From Amoebidium appalachense (lineage: Eukaryota; Protista; Ichthyosporea), in the NCBI GenBank assembly GCA_963693365.1, contig CAVNZM010000004.1, forward strand, positions 14,010,524 through 14,074,523: a stretch of DNA of 64,000 nt, in the 5' to 3' direction. Below, in pieces: positions 40,730 through 52,715 of this stretch (position 1 is its first letter; the number at the start of each line of letters is the position of its first letter). A program made the position numbers and the translations under genes. The notes beneath the pieces were generated by a model that was not told the DNA's origin, did no database searches, and saw only the letters and a program-made list of their open reading frames with translations.

Positions 40730-42100
40730 TTCGATAATGAATATAACTCGAGCCTTAGGTCACTTCGTAGCTCAGGTAGTGGTGGATAGCTTCAAGGCTT
40801 AGCCGCTGCTCCTTATCCCGGTTCTACCTTAAGACTGTAAGGCGAGTCACCATGGCCGGAAAAGCCACTTCTTTCATGAACAAAGAGCACTTCTTTCCTT
40901 TCAGCTTTAACCCTGCATCATCGGAGCTGGGAAAAACAGAATAAAAATGCCCAAGTGTTCTTCGTTGGGCGACATAAAGAAATATATCACCCGTCAGAAC
41001 CAGTAAAAGCCCGGTTCATAATTCATAAGAAGAGGGTAGGCAAAGCAAGCCTCCTTCAGAAAACACATGCTTCCATTCGTGAGCAGTTTTCGTATCCCAT
41101 TTGCCAGCCATTTTCGTTGAGCAGGGGGATTCCAGGCATAATACATTCTTCTGGAGGCTTGGCCTAAAAAGAAAAGTCGTCGCAGTCGCCCTTTCTTTTG
41201 TAAGCAACTTCGTGAGCGCGCTTCGTATCTTCATATCCTCCAGTGCAGGTCTGGATGGTGCCCCATCCTCTGCTTCATTTGTAGGTGGCCCTACTGTAGG
41301 TTCTGTTCGTTGTGTGGAATACCAAAACCATTCGTATTCGTGGAACTGCTTTGTGCTGTGCTTGCTTTCGTGTTGGTGTTCATGAAGTTACCCCATTCAC
41401 ACACCTACTACTTTCATACATCAGACGTAAGTAGCTGCCTGGGGGGTGTGTGGTTCGTGTTCGTGGCATTCTTCTGTTCCTTCGTGAGAAGAATATTCGT
41501 TTTAGCAGAGGTGCCCAATAAGGCAGCTTGTGGGGTTGTCTCCCGCATGTGCCCATTGGTGGGGTATGCACGTGCTAAATTGTTACAGTGTCATCATATT
41601 GCAAGGGAATAACATGGTCACCTCCGTACCAGGGCCTAGTAGGTACACATGATGGTCCGATGTGTTAGTCAACAACACCTTGCATTCGTATTCGTATTCG
41701 TCTTCCACGTCACTTTCTTCAGTAGTGAAGGAGGGTATTCGTAATTCGAAACTGAAAGGCTTCCAGCCAAAATACTGACACTGTATGCTGGGGTTGTGAG
41801 GGAACGGTGCCCATACCACATTCTTTTGTTCTGGTGGGGGTGTGCCGGCAGCTAGTGCAAGGCTTGACAGTGTAATTGGTATGTTACACAGTATTGCCAC
41901 AGACGGGCATTCACCTTAAAATTCGTACCCAACACCTTCTTTGTTTTTCACATGCATGAACAAAAGTTCTGCATCGACTTTATTACATGCCTTTTGTGCA
42001 CCAAGAGTGCAAATTCGTTAGGGCGTGGCACCAGGAAGGGCCGCCATACATGAGGCATATGTTCGTAATGTGTTTAGGCATGCCAGCATACATTCATGCG
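40730..42100 (-). pseudogene. Degenerate, deleted pol remnants in element B
   Basis: Nucleotide similarity to A's RT (GGTCACTTCGTAGCTCAG; CATGAACAAAGAGCA) and to A's post-protease spacer (EYECKVLLTNTSDHHVYL), with stops, indels and large deletions. Confidence 0.85.
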
Positions 42101-42908
42101 CATGTTGTGCATCCTGTGCGCTAAACTATGGGGCATGCTGTATTCGAAAACAGCAAGAAATTCGAAGCATGCATGCAAAACTACTTTCACAGCACCTTAT
42201 GTCCTCAATGCTATAGGAACAGCGACTATCTTCTTCTTTAAATGCATTCGTGCTGAAAGTGGCCGTGCATCTGGCTTGCGAGTGTGGAGGTGCATGCGGT
42301 GGCATGGACACGATGACAGTGTGCAATAGCGCAATGCACGCAAGGGCAACGGTTTTATTTTCTTCCTAACATAGAGGGGGCTGTGTGCATTGCAACCCAA
42401 GCAGTGTTGTGCATTCGTTCTTGCATTTTCGTATTTCCAGTTCATTTTGCTTTCGTTTTTCGTTTTTTGTCGTTTGATAAATTCGTTACTTCGTTTTGTT
42501 TTCGTGTTGCATTCATTTCGTATTTCCTCTATGCATTCGTTTGTCGTTCATTCTTTATTTCATTGTGTATTCGTGATGGTTCGTTTTTCGTTGGTTCATT
42601 GCTTCGTTAGCAATTCTTTATTCGTTTGTTCGTGTATTCGTTGTTTCGTTGTGTATTCGTTTTTCTTCACATTTTTGATGTGTCGTAGCAAAAGAAGTTT
42701 TACATGCTTTCAATTCTTTCCGTGTAGGTGGGCTGGCCACTTCGAACTTGTAGGTGTATATATTCTAAGCCGGACAAGGAAAGATGTGCCTATCATCGGG
42801 GTAAAAAGGATTGTGATCGGCCATGGGAGATTCTTGAGCTGATTGAAAGATGTGAGATTCTTGAACTGATTGAAAGATGTGAGATTCGAAGGATGCGAGA
42901 TTCTTGAA

Positions 42909-42969
42909 CTGCGCGGTCGCCAATGTAAACAGTTGGCAATGTAAAACAGTGTCCTGCCGCGGTCGCCAA
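42909..42969 (-). other. Duplicated primer-binding site of element B, including an 18-nt tRNA 3'-end copy (probably tRNA-Arg)
   Basis: GTCCTGCCGCGGTCGCCA at 42951-42968; shorter CTGCGCGGTCGCCA at 42909-42922; partial LTR-end duplicates between them. Confidence 0.8.
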
Positions 42970-43449
42970 TGTAAACAGTTGGACTAGTTAGGATAAGGCA
43001 GAGTACAACTGAATCAAAATAAAGACAGAGAACGGGTAGAAAGGCACACGCGGCCAGGTTGCTTTTACTATGGGCCGACTCAGTCTGTCTCAGACTTCAC
43101 TGATGTGATCCCCGTACTGGGACGGCTTTCTTATATAGCCCCCAGGTTTCGGATCAAGGCCCAGGATTGGTTCATCCGCGGCCAGCGCGGGTGGCAACAT
43201 GCCATTCGTGATTCTGGTGCGGTCCGAGCCAGTCAGACCTTCGTCCTATTTATGCAAACCTCTTATTGGTTCACTTCGTTTATGTGGTATGCAGCGGAAG
43301 AACCATATATGGTTCAATTCTTAGGTCAGAGTGAGTCCTATTGGTGCGGACATAATATTTATGTGATATTCATGACAAAGCACGAATCGTGTGCTAGTAG
43401 ATCACATTCTTTAGTAAACATGTACAGTTCATGTGTACAGTTGTTTACA
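42970..43449 (-). repeat. 5' LTR of element B (480 bp)
   Basis: Direct repeat of 39857-40336, followed by TSD GGGAT. Confidence 0.96.
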
Positions 43450-43454
43450 GGGAT

Positions 43455-44417
43455 TTCGTTAAATACGGGTGCTTTAGGCTGGTCGAAGTGATCTTCTTCA
43501 TGCACTTTCGCAGTCATGTGTTCGTTTTCGTTTGTGGGTGTGTCTTCGTAACTTTGTTCGTGTTTTTCTTCATTTTCAGCATCAGAATCAGTGTAGCTGA
43601 GTGTGCGCGCAAGCACATCCTTATATGTAAATTTAGTGGGGGGTGCGGGAGGTGCAATTACCTTGGGATCAGTGCACCCAGATGGGACCGGGGACAAAGG
43701 CTTCTTGCCTGTGGTGGGTGGGGGAGGACGGGGGGTGGTGGGCACCGTCGTATTTTTCACACGTGCCTCAGCCACCAACTGTGCTTCCCGCTCCAACTCA
43801 GACCATTTCGCGGACGTGCACAACATTCTAGACAGTGTGGTGTCTTCCATCTGCGAAATCTCACTGTAAATCTGCGCGACATCAGCTTCGAGGTCCATCA
43901 CAGGCCGCCCAGCATCGATTGCAGTTTGAATGGCACGTCTCAGAGTTTCAATACGATAGAACTTGGAGAGAACACGGCCCCGCACCTCTGCCAGAGCTGT
44001 GGCAGTGTCCCGGTCTTGTTTCGTTTTTTCCTTCGTTGCTACTTGAAGTTCGTTCGTGTGTTTTTTGGTGTTCGTGTGTTCGTTGGTGTTCGTATGTTCG
44101 TTGGTTTTCGTGTGTTCGTTGCGCTTCGTTTTGTCTTTGGGTTTCGTGCTTTCGTTGGGCTTCGTTTGTTCGTTGCCAGTGGGCTTCGTAGTTGCCTTTG
44201 TGTTCGTGTGTGTGTTGGGTTTTGTGATCGTGTTCGGTTTCTGGGGAGCACGAGGCGTAGGGGGAGGGGTGGGGAGTGTTTTCGTGCCCTGCCCCGGAGT
44301 CTTGGCTTTCTTCTGCGTTGGGGGCGGCGGTTTGACTGCGGTAGGCTTCTTGGTGTCACGTGTCAGTTTGCTTTCATTGTCCGAGAGTACAGGGTAGTCG
44401 TCAAATTCGCCCGCCAT
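43455..44417 (-). CDS. gag: Element A Gag, N-terminal part (low-complexity T/K/P/N/E region plus helical segment)
   Basis: ATG ~50 nt after the PBS; open to the element B insertion site and resumes in frame at 39856. Confidence 0.85.
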
Positions 44418-44469
44418 GGTTGAAGAGATTCTTGAAAGATGTGAGATTCTGGAACTGCGCGGTCGCCAA

Positions 44470-45079
44470 TGTAAACAGTTGAACTAGTTGGGATAAGGCA
44501 GAGAACAACTGAATCAGAATAAAGACAGAGAACGGGTAGTAAGGCACACGCGGCCAGGTTACTATTTAATGTGCTCGTTCAGAGTGATCCCCCGTACTGG
44601 GACGGCTTGTTTATATAGCCCCCAGGTTCCGGATCATCTGGATGGGTGGCATTGATGCCTTCGTGACTTCTGACCAGTCAGAAGAGTGCGGTCGTCTTTA
44701 TGTGCACACAGTGCACCAATAACATGAAGCTAACTAAAAGGATAACTTTGTGGCAAATGATTGGTCAATACTTAAGCCCGTTTAGGTTTATGCAACTGGG
44801 TCTGATTTCCTTATTGGTTCCGTTCGTTTAGCTATAGATGTCGCCTCCGTAGTGGATGAGACTTGCATTCCTATCCTAGCGGTTCTCGAATTCTATTGGT
44901 TCATACTGACTGCACGGCCACTGCATATTGCCGGCGCCGCGGCTCAGTCGTGAGCCGCAGCCCGCGGCTGTCGCGTGTGATATTGATCTGATCATATGTA
45001 CACAATATCTACGTGATCACTATGATATGTACAGTATATTCGTAATGGTAAACATGTACGGCGTGTACAGATGTTTACA
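44470..45079 (-). repeat. 5' LTR of element A (610 bp)
   Basis: Direct repeat of 26454-27063; PBS at 44455-44468; TSD CCCTC follows. Confidence 0.97.
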
Positions 45080-45127
45080 CCCTCCCCCCCCCCAAAAAAA
45101 AACAAACAAAAAAAACAAAAACAAAAC

Positions 45128-45208
45128 AAGAAGAAGAAGAAGAAGAAGAAGAAGAACAAGAACAAGAAGAAGAAGAAGAAAAAGAAGAAGAAGAAGAAGA
45201 AGAAGAAG
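45128..45208. repeat. (AAG)n microsatellite
   Basis: Imperfect AAG trinucleotide run, visible directly. Confidence 0.9.
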
Positions 45209-46863
45209 ATATTATGTAAAAACGTAAAAACAAAAACAACAACAACCAAAAAAAATCAAGCACACAACACATGCACAAACACAAAAATATAATAGGTAAA
45301 GATGCCAAAGACACTACCCATCCCACCTTAAGCAAAAAACCAAATACATTCAACGCACCCAGCCAGTGACCGTCACAGCTGACGTTTACGGATTGGTTAC
45401 AATATTCACACGACGCTTTGGTATCCACTTGCTTGGCAACCAGACCCGGCTGCCCCCACAAGTTCACGTGTTTTGTAGTTGTTTCTAGATGTTCAAATTT
45501 GGTGGGGTCGTGGTATGGGAGTGGTGGTGGTGGGCCGGGGAGGGGGGAGGGGAGGGGGAAGGGGGGAGGGGAGGGGACGGGGAGAAGGGGTGGCGGGGGA
45601 GACCCTGAGAGAGAGAGAGAGAAAGTGAGAGAGACAGAGAGAGAGATAGAGAGAGGGAGGGGGGGGGGGGGGGGGGGGGGGGAGATAGAGATAGAGAGAG
45701 GGAGAGAGGGGGAGAGAGAGAGGGGGGAGGGAGGGAGAGAGAGAGAGAGAGGGAGAGAGAGAGAGAGAGAGAGAGCGAACGAGGGAGGGAGGGTGGGAGG
45801 AAGTGCGGGCGGGAGGGAGAGCGAGGGAGGGAGAGAGAGGGAGGGAGGAAGAAGGAGGGAGAAAGAGAGAGGGATAAAAGGAGGGACGGGAGAGGCAGGG
45901 GAGGGGGGGAATTTGAGAGTATAAAGGACTGAAACCTGATGTGGGGAGGGGAGGGAGGGGGGGGGGGGGGGGGGGGGAGAGGGGGGGAAGAGAAGGAAGT
46001 AAAGTAATGAGATAGTGAGAGATGGTTGATGGGGGACCAAGGTGTGAAATCAGAATGTCGACCTGAAGTGAAAGTGGTGCAATACGGATCAAGGGGGGCA
46101 AGGGGGGAGGGGGGGGGGAGGGGGGGGGGGGGGGGGGGGGGGAGGGAGGGGAGGGATGAGACCGAGGGATAATAGTGTAAAAGTAAATCAGGCAGTCTGA
46201 TGTTAGAGTAGTATTGTATTAAGTGGTTACGGATCACGTGCATTTGTACAGCATATTAGGGGGGAAACAACGTGAAACGCAGAGACACATAAAGTAGTTG
46301 AGAAACACGTTCATGCATCAGCATCCAGAAAGAAAGGGGAAAGGGAGGGAGGGGTTATGTGAGAACCAGAAAGTTTATTCAATCGCTCTCAGCGACGCCA
46401 TGCGACCTGGCCGAGTTCCCTCAGAATTCCCAAAACAGTCACGGACCTGCCCGCTGTTAATAAGATCGGAAGACTTGTTCTCTTTCCTGCCAGGCACAAC
46501 CTTGGCAGAAATCTTTCTTTACCAACTAATCCCCCCCCCCCCCCCCCCCCCGCTCATCCCCTCCCACCTGGTCCAGCTATTAAAAGCCTCCCTCCCGCTC
46601 CAGCCTTTACTTGCTTCAAATCATTTAGAACCTACAGGTCGATAATTTCACTACAAATTGCACGGAACCGTTACACTATAGCTCCGGCTAGTATACAGTA
46701 CATTCATGATATCACCATCACGGTACAATATGCGCTTGAGCTTGAACACAACAACAGGGTACACTAAAATACAATTGATCGATATTTGGGTCGGCCACAG
46801 CTAAGTAGGTAACGGTCGCAGGTCTATAAAATAGGCCAGACACGCACTGTATGTACACCGTGT

Positions 46864-48198
46864 TTACGCGAGCTTAAGATTATACACAGTAGAGTTCCAC
46901 CCAGGATAAGGGGACAACTCATTCTCAGCATTATTCAAATTCACGCGCTTAGCAGAGAGGAAGCACCAAGCAAAATTCGTGTTGCCCATTTTGGGCTTAG
47001 CCACACTGAATGAATTGCACTTGGGTGTTTCTTTGTAGCATTTACGCGCACACAGCTCATCCGGTTTGCGATCTTTAACTGAAGACCAAGTAATCACGTC
47101 CATAACTTTTTCCGAGAGATCGAGTGTCTCAATCTTGTAGTACTTCGTGTTCAACCCGGGCTTTGTGAAGGTGTAGTCAAACATAGCAAGAATGGGACGG
47201 GTGTGTGGGTATTTCAAATTGCAGCGGTACAGTTGGTTGAGGAAATCAACATCGCCCTGTCCAACAATAGACCTGTTTTGCGTAAAGTTTCTCCTTCCGT
47301 CCTTGGTAAGAATGGTAAAAGGGCCGACGGTCAGGTTGGCGAACGCACCTGAGCCGTACATCATGATGCTATTCCAGTCGAGTTTGCTGTCGAACACGGT
47401 GATGTTCTGCTTGTCGAAATTATTCTTCTTGCCGCTCTGAATAGCCTCCCAGACAATCTCGACAAAGTTATCGCGGTCGGGACGCGACTGTTCGTGGTAC
47501 ACACCGAGAGCATGCAGGTGTTCGTGCACGTTTGATGTGACACCGCACGAATTCCATTCGTAGGCGGGGTTGGTGGACTGTGCCGTGTGGAAGAAGAGGT
47601 TCATGGGCTGATACGTGGCACCATGCTCATCAACAAGAGGCGTTTGGTAGACGGGGTGGGTCTCCTTGGCGTCCTTGAAGTAGCCAACGAACGACCAGCA
47701 TGCCCCTTTCTGGTACTGACCAATGCTTATGTAGTGGCGTTTGGCGGCAACATCATCTGCATTTCTCTCACGAATGGTGAGGCATGGGGACATGGTACGG
47801 AGAACCTTGTGCGCATCAATGACCGTCTTTTTCCATCCGTCAACCATTTGCTCGACGGTCTTGCCGGCCTTTACCATATTGTCATAGATGTCCTTGTTGC
47901 CTGGGTTGGCTGTGAGGTTGTATGTGTCCCACAGGGATGTTTCGTTGATCTGGTAGATCACCTCACCACGTGGCCAGAGGATGGGGTCGTCGGCAAGGGG
48001 CCCAGCTGGCTGAGGGGCCGGATCTGCTATTCCGTCGGCGCTGGCAAACACCCGCACAGTGTTGCGCATGGACGAGAGGTACTGACGGGAGGGCTGCTTC
48101 TCACCGGAACACTCGGGGATGGTATCCGGCACAGGGACAAGGGGGGCGGCCAGGGCAGGCCCTCCCAAAAGGGCAGCGAGGAAAGTGGCGGAGTACAT
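46864..48198 (-). CDS. Secreted astacin-family (M12A) zinc metalloprotease with C-terminal PAN/Apple-like domain; intronless CDS
   Basis: Signal peptide; WPRGEVIY; GACWSFVG; HEHLHALGVYHEQSRPDRD zinc motif; SIMMY Met-turn; C-terminal CARKC...CNSFS...WCFLS pattern. Confidence 0.93.
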   Translation of the reverse strand: MYSATFLAALLGGPALAAPLVPVPDTIPECSGEKQPSRQYLSSMRNTVRVFASADGIADPAPQPAGPLADDPILWPRGEVIYQINETSLWDTYNLTANPGNKDIYDNMVKAGKTVEQMVDGWKKTVIDAHKVLRTMSPCLTIRERNADDVAAKRHYISIGQYQKGACWSFVGYFKDAKETHPVYQTPLVDEHGATYQPMNLFFHTAQSTNPAYEWNSCGVTSNVHEHLHALGVYHEQSRPDRDNFVEIVWEAIQSGKKNNFDKQNITVFDSKLDWNSIMMYGSGAFANLTVGPFTILTKDGRRNFTQNRSIVGQGDVDFLNQLYRCNLKYPHTRPILAMFDYTFTKPGLNTKYYKIETLDLSEKVMDVITWSSVKDRKPDELCARKCYKETPKCNSFSVAKPKMGNTNFAWCFLSAKRVNLNNAENELSPYPGWNSTVYNLKLA

Positions 48199-49638
48199 GG
48201 TGAGAGGTGCTGTACTAAAGCAATGATGCCCGGAAAAGGGTTATAAGCATATATAAGTTTTTACAGAAGGTTTGAAACTTTGCCCCGGCCCTGCTTCAGA
48301 CAAAAACGCCCTTTGAGCCAACCAGGTGTGATGTAACTGATTCCGAAGTGAGCCCTGCTTTATATATATATCCGCAGTTGTGGTGGCCAGAGCCACCAGG
48401 CCGTGAGGCCATTGCAGCCCATCTGACCAAATGTAAACAAATGCCAAAGCAAGTTGTTCATTCGGTACAGATCACGCAAATATTATCGACACCAAGGCTT
48501 CGAAACTTCACAGGGTTGGGCTGGGGTTGGCCAGCTTAACCGTATTGTCCTTTGGCCAATCGTAACGAACAATTTCTTAATCGTAACGGGGGGGTTCTTG
48601 GGGATCTGCAAGTATGGCTAAAAAACGCCCCTCCAGTCACAAAACTCAAAATACGCGTTTTTACAAATTAAGTATCGCAAAATTACAAGCCCTGGACACT
48701 TGTCGGGGTTCGATATTGCTCACGAGAAGCGCTGTAGATATGTTCTTGAACAGAAACATTGAGGAAAATAGGTACAGTTAGATATTACGGAGCCTTAAAG
48801 CGTTTATAATGCTATAAATCTGATACGAAAGCTGTTACGACGGCACCCTAACCTTATTTGTATCGGGGTCTTTCTTCAATCGTGATTACGACGATTTTTT
48901 TCTTTTCGTAATCCCCCCTGGAACTTCCTAATTTATGATTGGTGTATCTATCAGATCTAATCCAAGGGGTTCTCGGTTCAGATCTTGTGGGCTGGGAGGT
49001 CCGAGTGGGAAACACCGACCACCGCAGATAGTGTGGCGCCCGAAGAAAAAGAAAAGCAAGTAGATGGTATCCCACGTGTGCAGTGTATAATGAATAACTT
49101 TTGCTCCAGCCTACAACATAGTCTACTTCAGCAATCTACGTCGCCACCTGGTATAGTGTTGTGTGCTCTGGCTGCCACTTCACGATCAATAGAACATTGC
49201 TTTCCACACGATTGCCAAGGCAGTCGCTACCATCATGGTTACTAGCACTACTAAAGTAGTAGTAACGCGCGTCGTTAAATACACGCGTACAAATGAAGGT
49301 AAACGACAAAAAAAACTGTTCAGTGTGCCAACTCAGCTGCGGGCCTGCGTGCTTTATTCTTGTTAACGTTGCTGTCGCAGTTCTGCACAAAAGACGGAGC
49401 TGGAGTAATCTGGCCCTTCTTCTGGCCTGGTTTGTGCTGCAGTGCTGGATTAACTTTGGTTGGCCGATGAGTCGGGATGTTTGTGTAGCATGCACACATG
49501 ACCACGCTTATAAGGCAGCTGAAGCCCTCAGGCATCAACAGCTACTGCACAATGATTCGGTGCTGGGGATGTGGGGAAGGCCTAGGGAAAGACGGGGGGA
49601 AGGAGGGGCGGGGGGGAAGGGCTAGAGCAAAGGGAGAG

Positions 49639-49810
<172 letters not shown>

Positions 49811-50253
49811 GGGAGGGAGGGAGGGAGGGAGGGAGGCAGGGAGGGAGGGAGGGAGGGAGGGAGGGAGGGAGGGAGGGAGGGAGGGAGGGAGAGAGAAAGA
49901 GGGGGGGGGGGGGAGGAGGGGGGCGTGCGAGGAGGGGAGGGGGAGGAGAGGAGGGGACGGGGGGGGGAGGGGAAGAGAGAGAGAAGGGAGACAGCGCACG
50001 GGAGAGTGCCAGAGCATGGGAAGAAGGAAACGAGGGGTTTGGGGGGGGGGGGGGGGGGGGGGGGAGGGGGGGGGGATGCACACACGCATAGATAGAGAGA
50101 GGGAGAGAGAGAGAGCGAGGGAGAGACAGAGGGTGGGGGGAAGGGGGAGGAGCAGAGAGAGAGAGAGAGAGAGATAGAGGAGACAATCGGATTTAGGAAG
50201 GGGGGGGGGGGGGGGGAGAGAGAGAGAAGAGAGAGTGAGAGAGATGGGGGGGT

Positions 50254-50342
<89 letters not shown>

Positions 50343-51104
50343 TGGAAAAAGAGGGTGTGTGTGTGTGTGTCACGGTGTGTTTAACAAGAGAGCGATTCAT
50401 GTGTGAGTGAGGAGTGTGGGACATGTGGCCATGGGGAGGCGGAGGGCAGGTGGGCAGGGCCCGGGGGGGGGGGGGGGGGAGGGGAGGAGGAGGAGGAGGG
50501 AGGGGGGGGGGGGAGGGGAGGAGGAGGAGGAGGGAGGGGGGGGGGGGGGGGTGGGGGGTATGCAGTCTTTGTTATTAACCAAACCGCGTAGTGACTTTGT
50601 GATATTATGATCATACATCAAAGCACAAAAAAACTGATCACCTCGGCTGCACAGTGTTTGTTCTCTTTGGCAGCCAGCTTCCACATTTTTTATTGTCCCG
50701 GTTTAGAAAAAAATTGGTCATGCACGATTACTGAAGAGGAAGGCCGATATTTGTTTTTGGCAACAAAACGGGAAAATAGCGAAAAATAAGAGGTTTGAAC
50801 ATCAAGCAGGATGAAAGCATGCATCCCCGTCAGACTACCGCTGCCATGAACCTATGCACATCTATAAAGACAAAGCCTGAGAGGCTTTGTGATGCAACAT
50901 TGGAGGAGAGGAGGTTGGTGGGGCGTGGGTCTTGGGGGGGTTTTTTTTTTTTTGGGGGGGGGGGGGGAGGGGGGGATACCTTTAGAAGGTGAATATATGC
51001 AGAAATAGAGTGTAACACACAGTACAGCATAGTTATCGCCCAGCCACTATTGCAAGGTGCCGAGGGAAAGATGAAAAGAGACGGCTGTTTTGAAGCCTCC
51101 CCCC

Positions 51105-51137
<33 letters not shown>

Positions 51138-51339
51138 CCCCCCCTTAACCCCCACCCCACCCCCACCCCCAACCCCACCCCCAGGGGTACCAGCAGCTAA
51201 CCCGAGCACAGAAATGTAGGTATAATCCGGCGGTGGGTGGTTAAGAGATCCGACATTAGTTTATTTCAAACGGGCAGGGAATACACCACAAACATTGCGA
51301 CCAGAAACACATACTCCAGTATGATAAGCAAAATAATGT

Positions 51340-51395
<56 letters not shown>

Positions 51396-51426
51396 CACAT
51401 CCACGTCCACAGCACCCAGATTGGAT

Positions 51427-51485
<59 letters not shown>

Positions 51486-51538
51486 CACGTGTGCACCGTG
51501 ACACACACACACACTCACGGACACGTGCACACACACAC

Positions 51539-51617
<79 letters not shown>

Positions 51618-52552
51618 CACACAAACGGCTGGTGCCTCCAGAGTATGGCCTTGCAGGGTCGACCAGGCGAGCCCACAAATAACTGCTACCCACTATGGAT
51701 CGGCTAAGAGTGGGGGAGAGCCGTTGTCGGGCACAGATTGGCATGATTGTTGAGGCAACCGTAAGGTTATGTTTTAAATCTTCTTTCTGCCTCTATATCC
51801 CCTTTCTCTTTCTCCTTTTTATTCTTTTTATAGGGGGGAAGGGGGTCAATTGCGGGAGAGAGGAAGATCGGGCTGCGGGTAAGAGGTGGTGGTGGGGGTG
51901 GAAACCACCCGTACTCTCGATTTACAACTTAACGCACACAAGCTCTGACTCACGGCTGGTTGGCAAACTCTTCATACCCGGGTCCCCCCTAGCCTCCCCC
52001 CGCCTTCGGCCTCAATCCCAATTCTTCCCACCCCCAGGCCTCTTCCCCAAGAGAAAGCGCGTTATTTCATACACACGTTCCGTTGCCCACATGCACACAA
52101 ACAGAAATGCACAGGAACACCCTTTTTGCTGGAGAAAACACCAACACATTCACACACGCACGCACACACATGGACACATAAGAACACACACGCACACGCA
52201 CACACACGCACATACACACGTGCACACACACACCGTCATTGCAACACACACGCGTGCACACAAACACTTGCACACTTGCACACCATGATACACTAGCACA
52301 TGCCAGAAGCGTACTGTGGGTTGTATGTGCAAACATTCAGTGGATGGAAGTGGAAGGAACAAGGAGTTCATGTCAAAAAAGGGGGCCGGCAGGAAGGAGG
52401 GTGGAAGAAGAGGGCATAAACAAGGGTTCTGCGGAAAGAGCCATGAGGCGTTCATGTACGTTTGTGTGAGCATTATTGAGGTGGTGTGTATGTGGGTGTG
52501 TGAGGGGCTTCGGGGGGAGGTAGCTTGGAGAAGGGGGGGTGGGGTGGGGTGT

Positions 52553-52583
<31 letters not shown>

Positions 52584-52669
52584 GGGGGTACAGAAGCTAT
52601 GGGGGGGGGGGGGGGGGGGGGATGGAAAGGGTAGCAGAACAAAGCTGATTTTTTTTTTCTTTTTTTCTT

Positions 52670-52715
<46 letters not shown>

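Larger units (their letters stand above)
39857..43449 (-). mobile_element. Non-autonomous Gypsy LTR element (B), a relative of element A, inserted in A's gag
   Basis: 480-bp LTRs with no difference seen; TSD GGGAT (39852-39856 and 43450-43454); PPT at 40337-40346; same PBS as A; internal region has only decayed pol fragments. Confidence 0.95.
26454..45079 (-). mobile_element. Ty3/Gypsy chromovirus LTR retrotransposon (element A), interrupted by two nested insertions
   Basis: 610-bp TG...CA LTRs; 5-bp TSD CCCTC (26449-26453 and 45080-45084); PBS TGGCGACCGCG next to the 5' LTR; PPT at 27064-27074; domain order gag-PR-RT-RH-IN-chromodomain. Confidence 0.97.
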
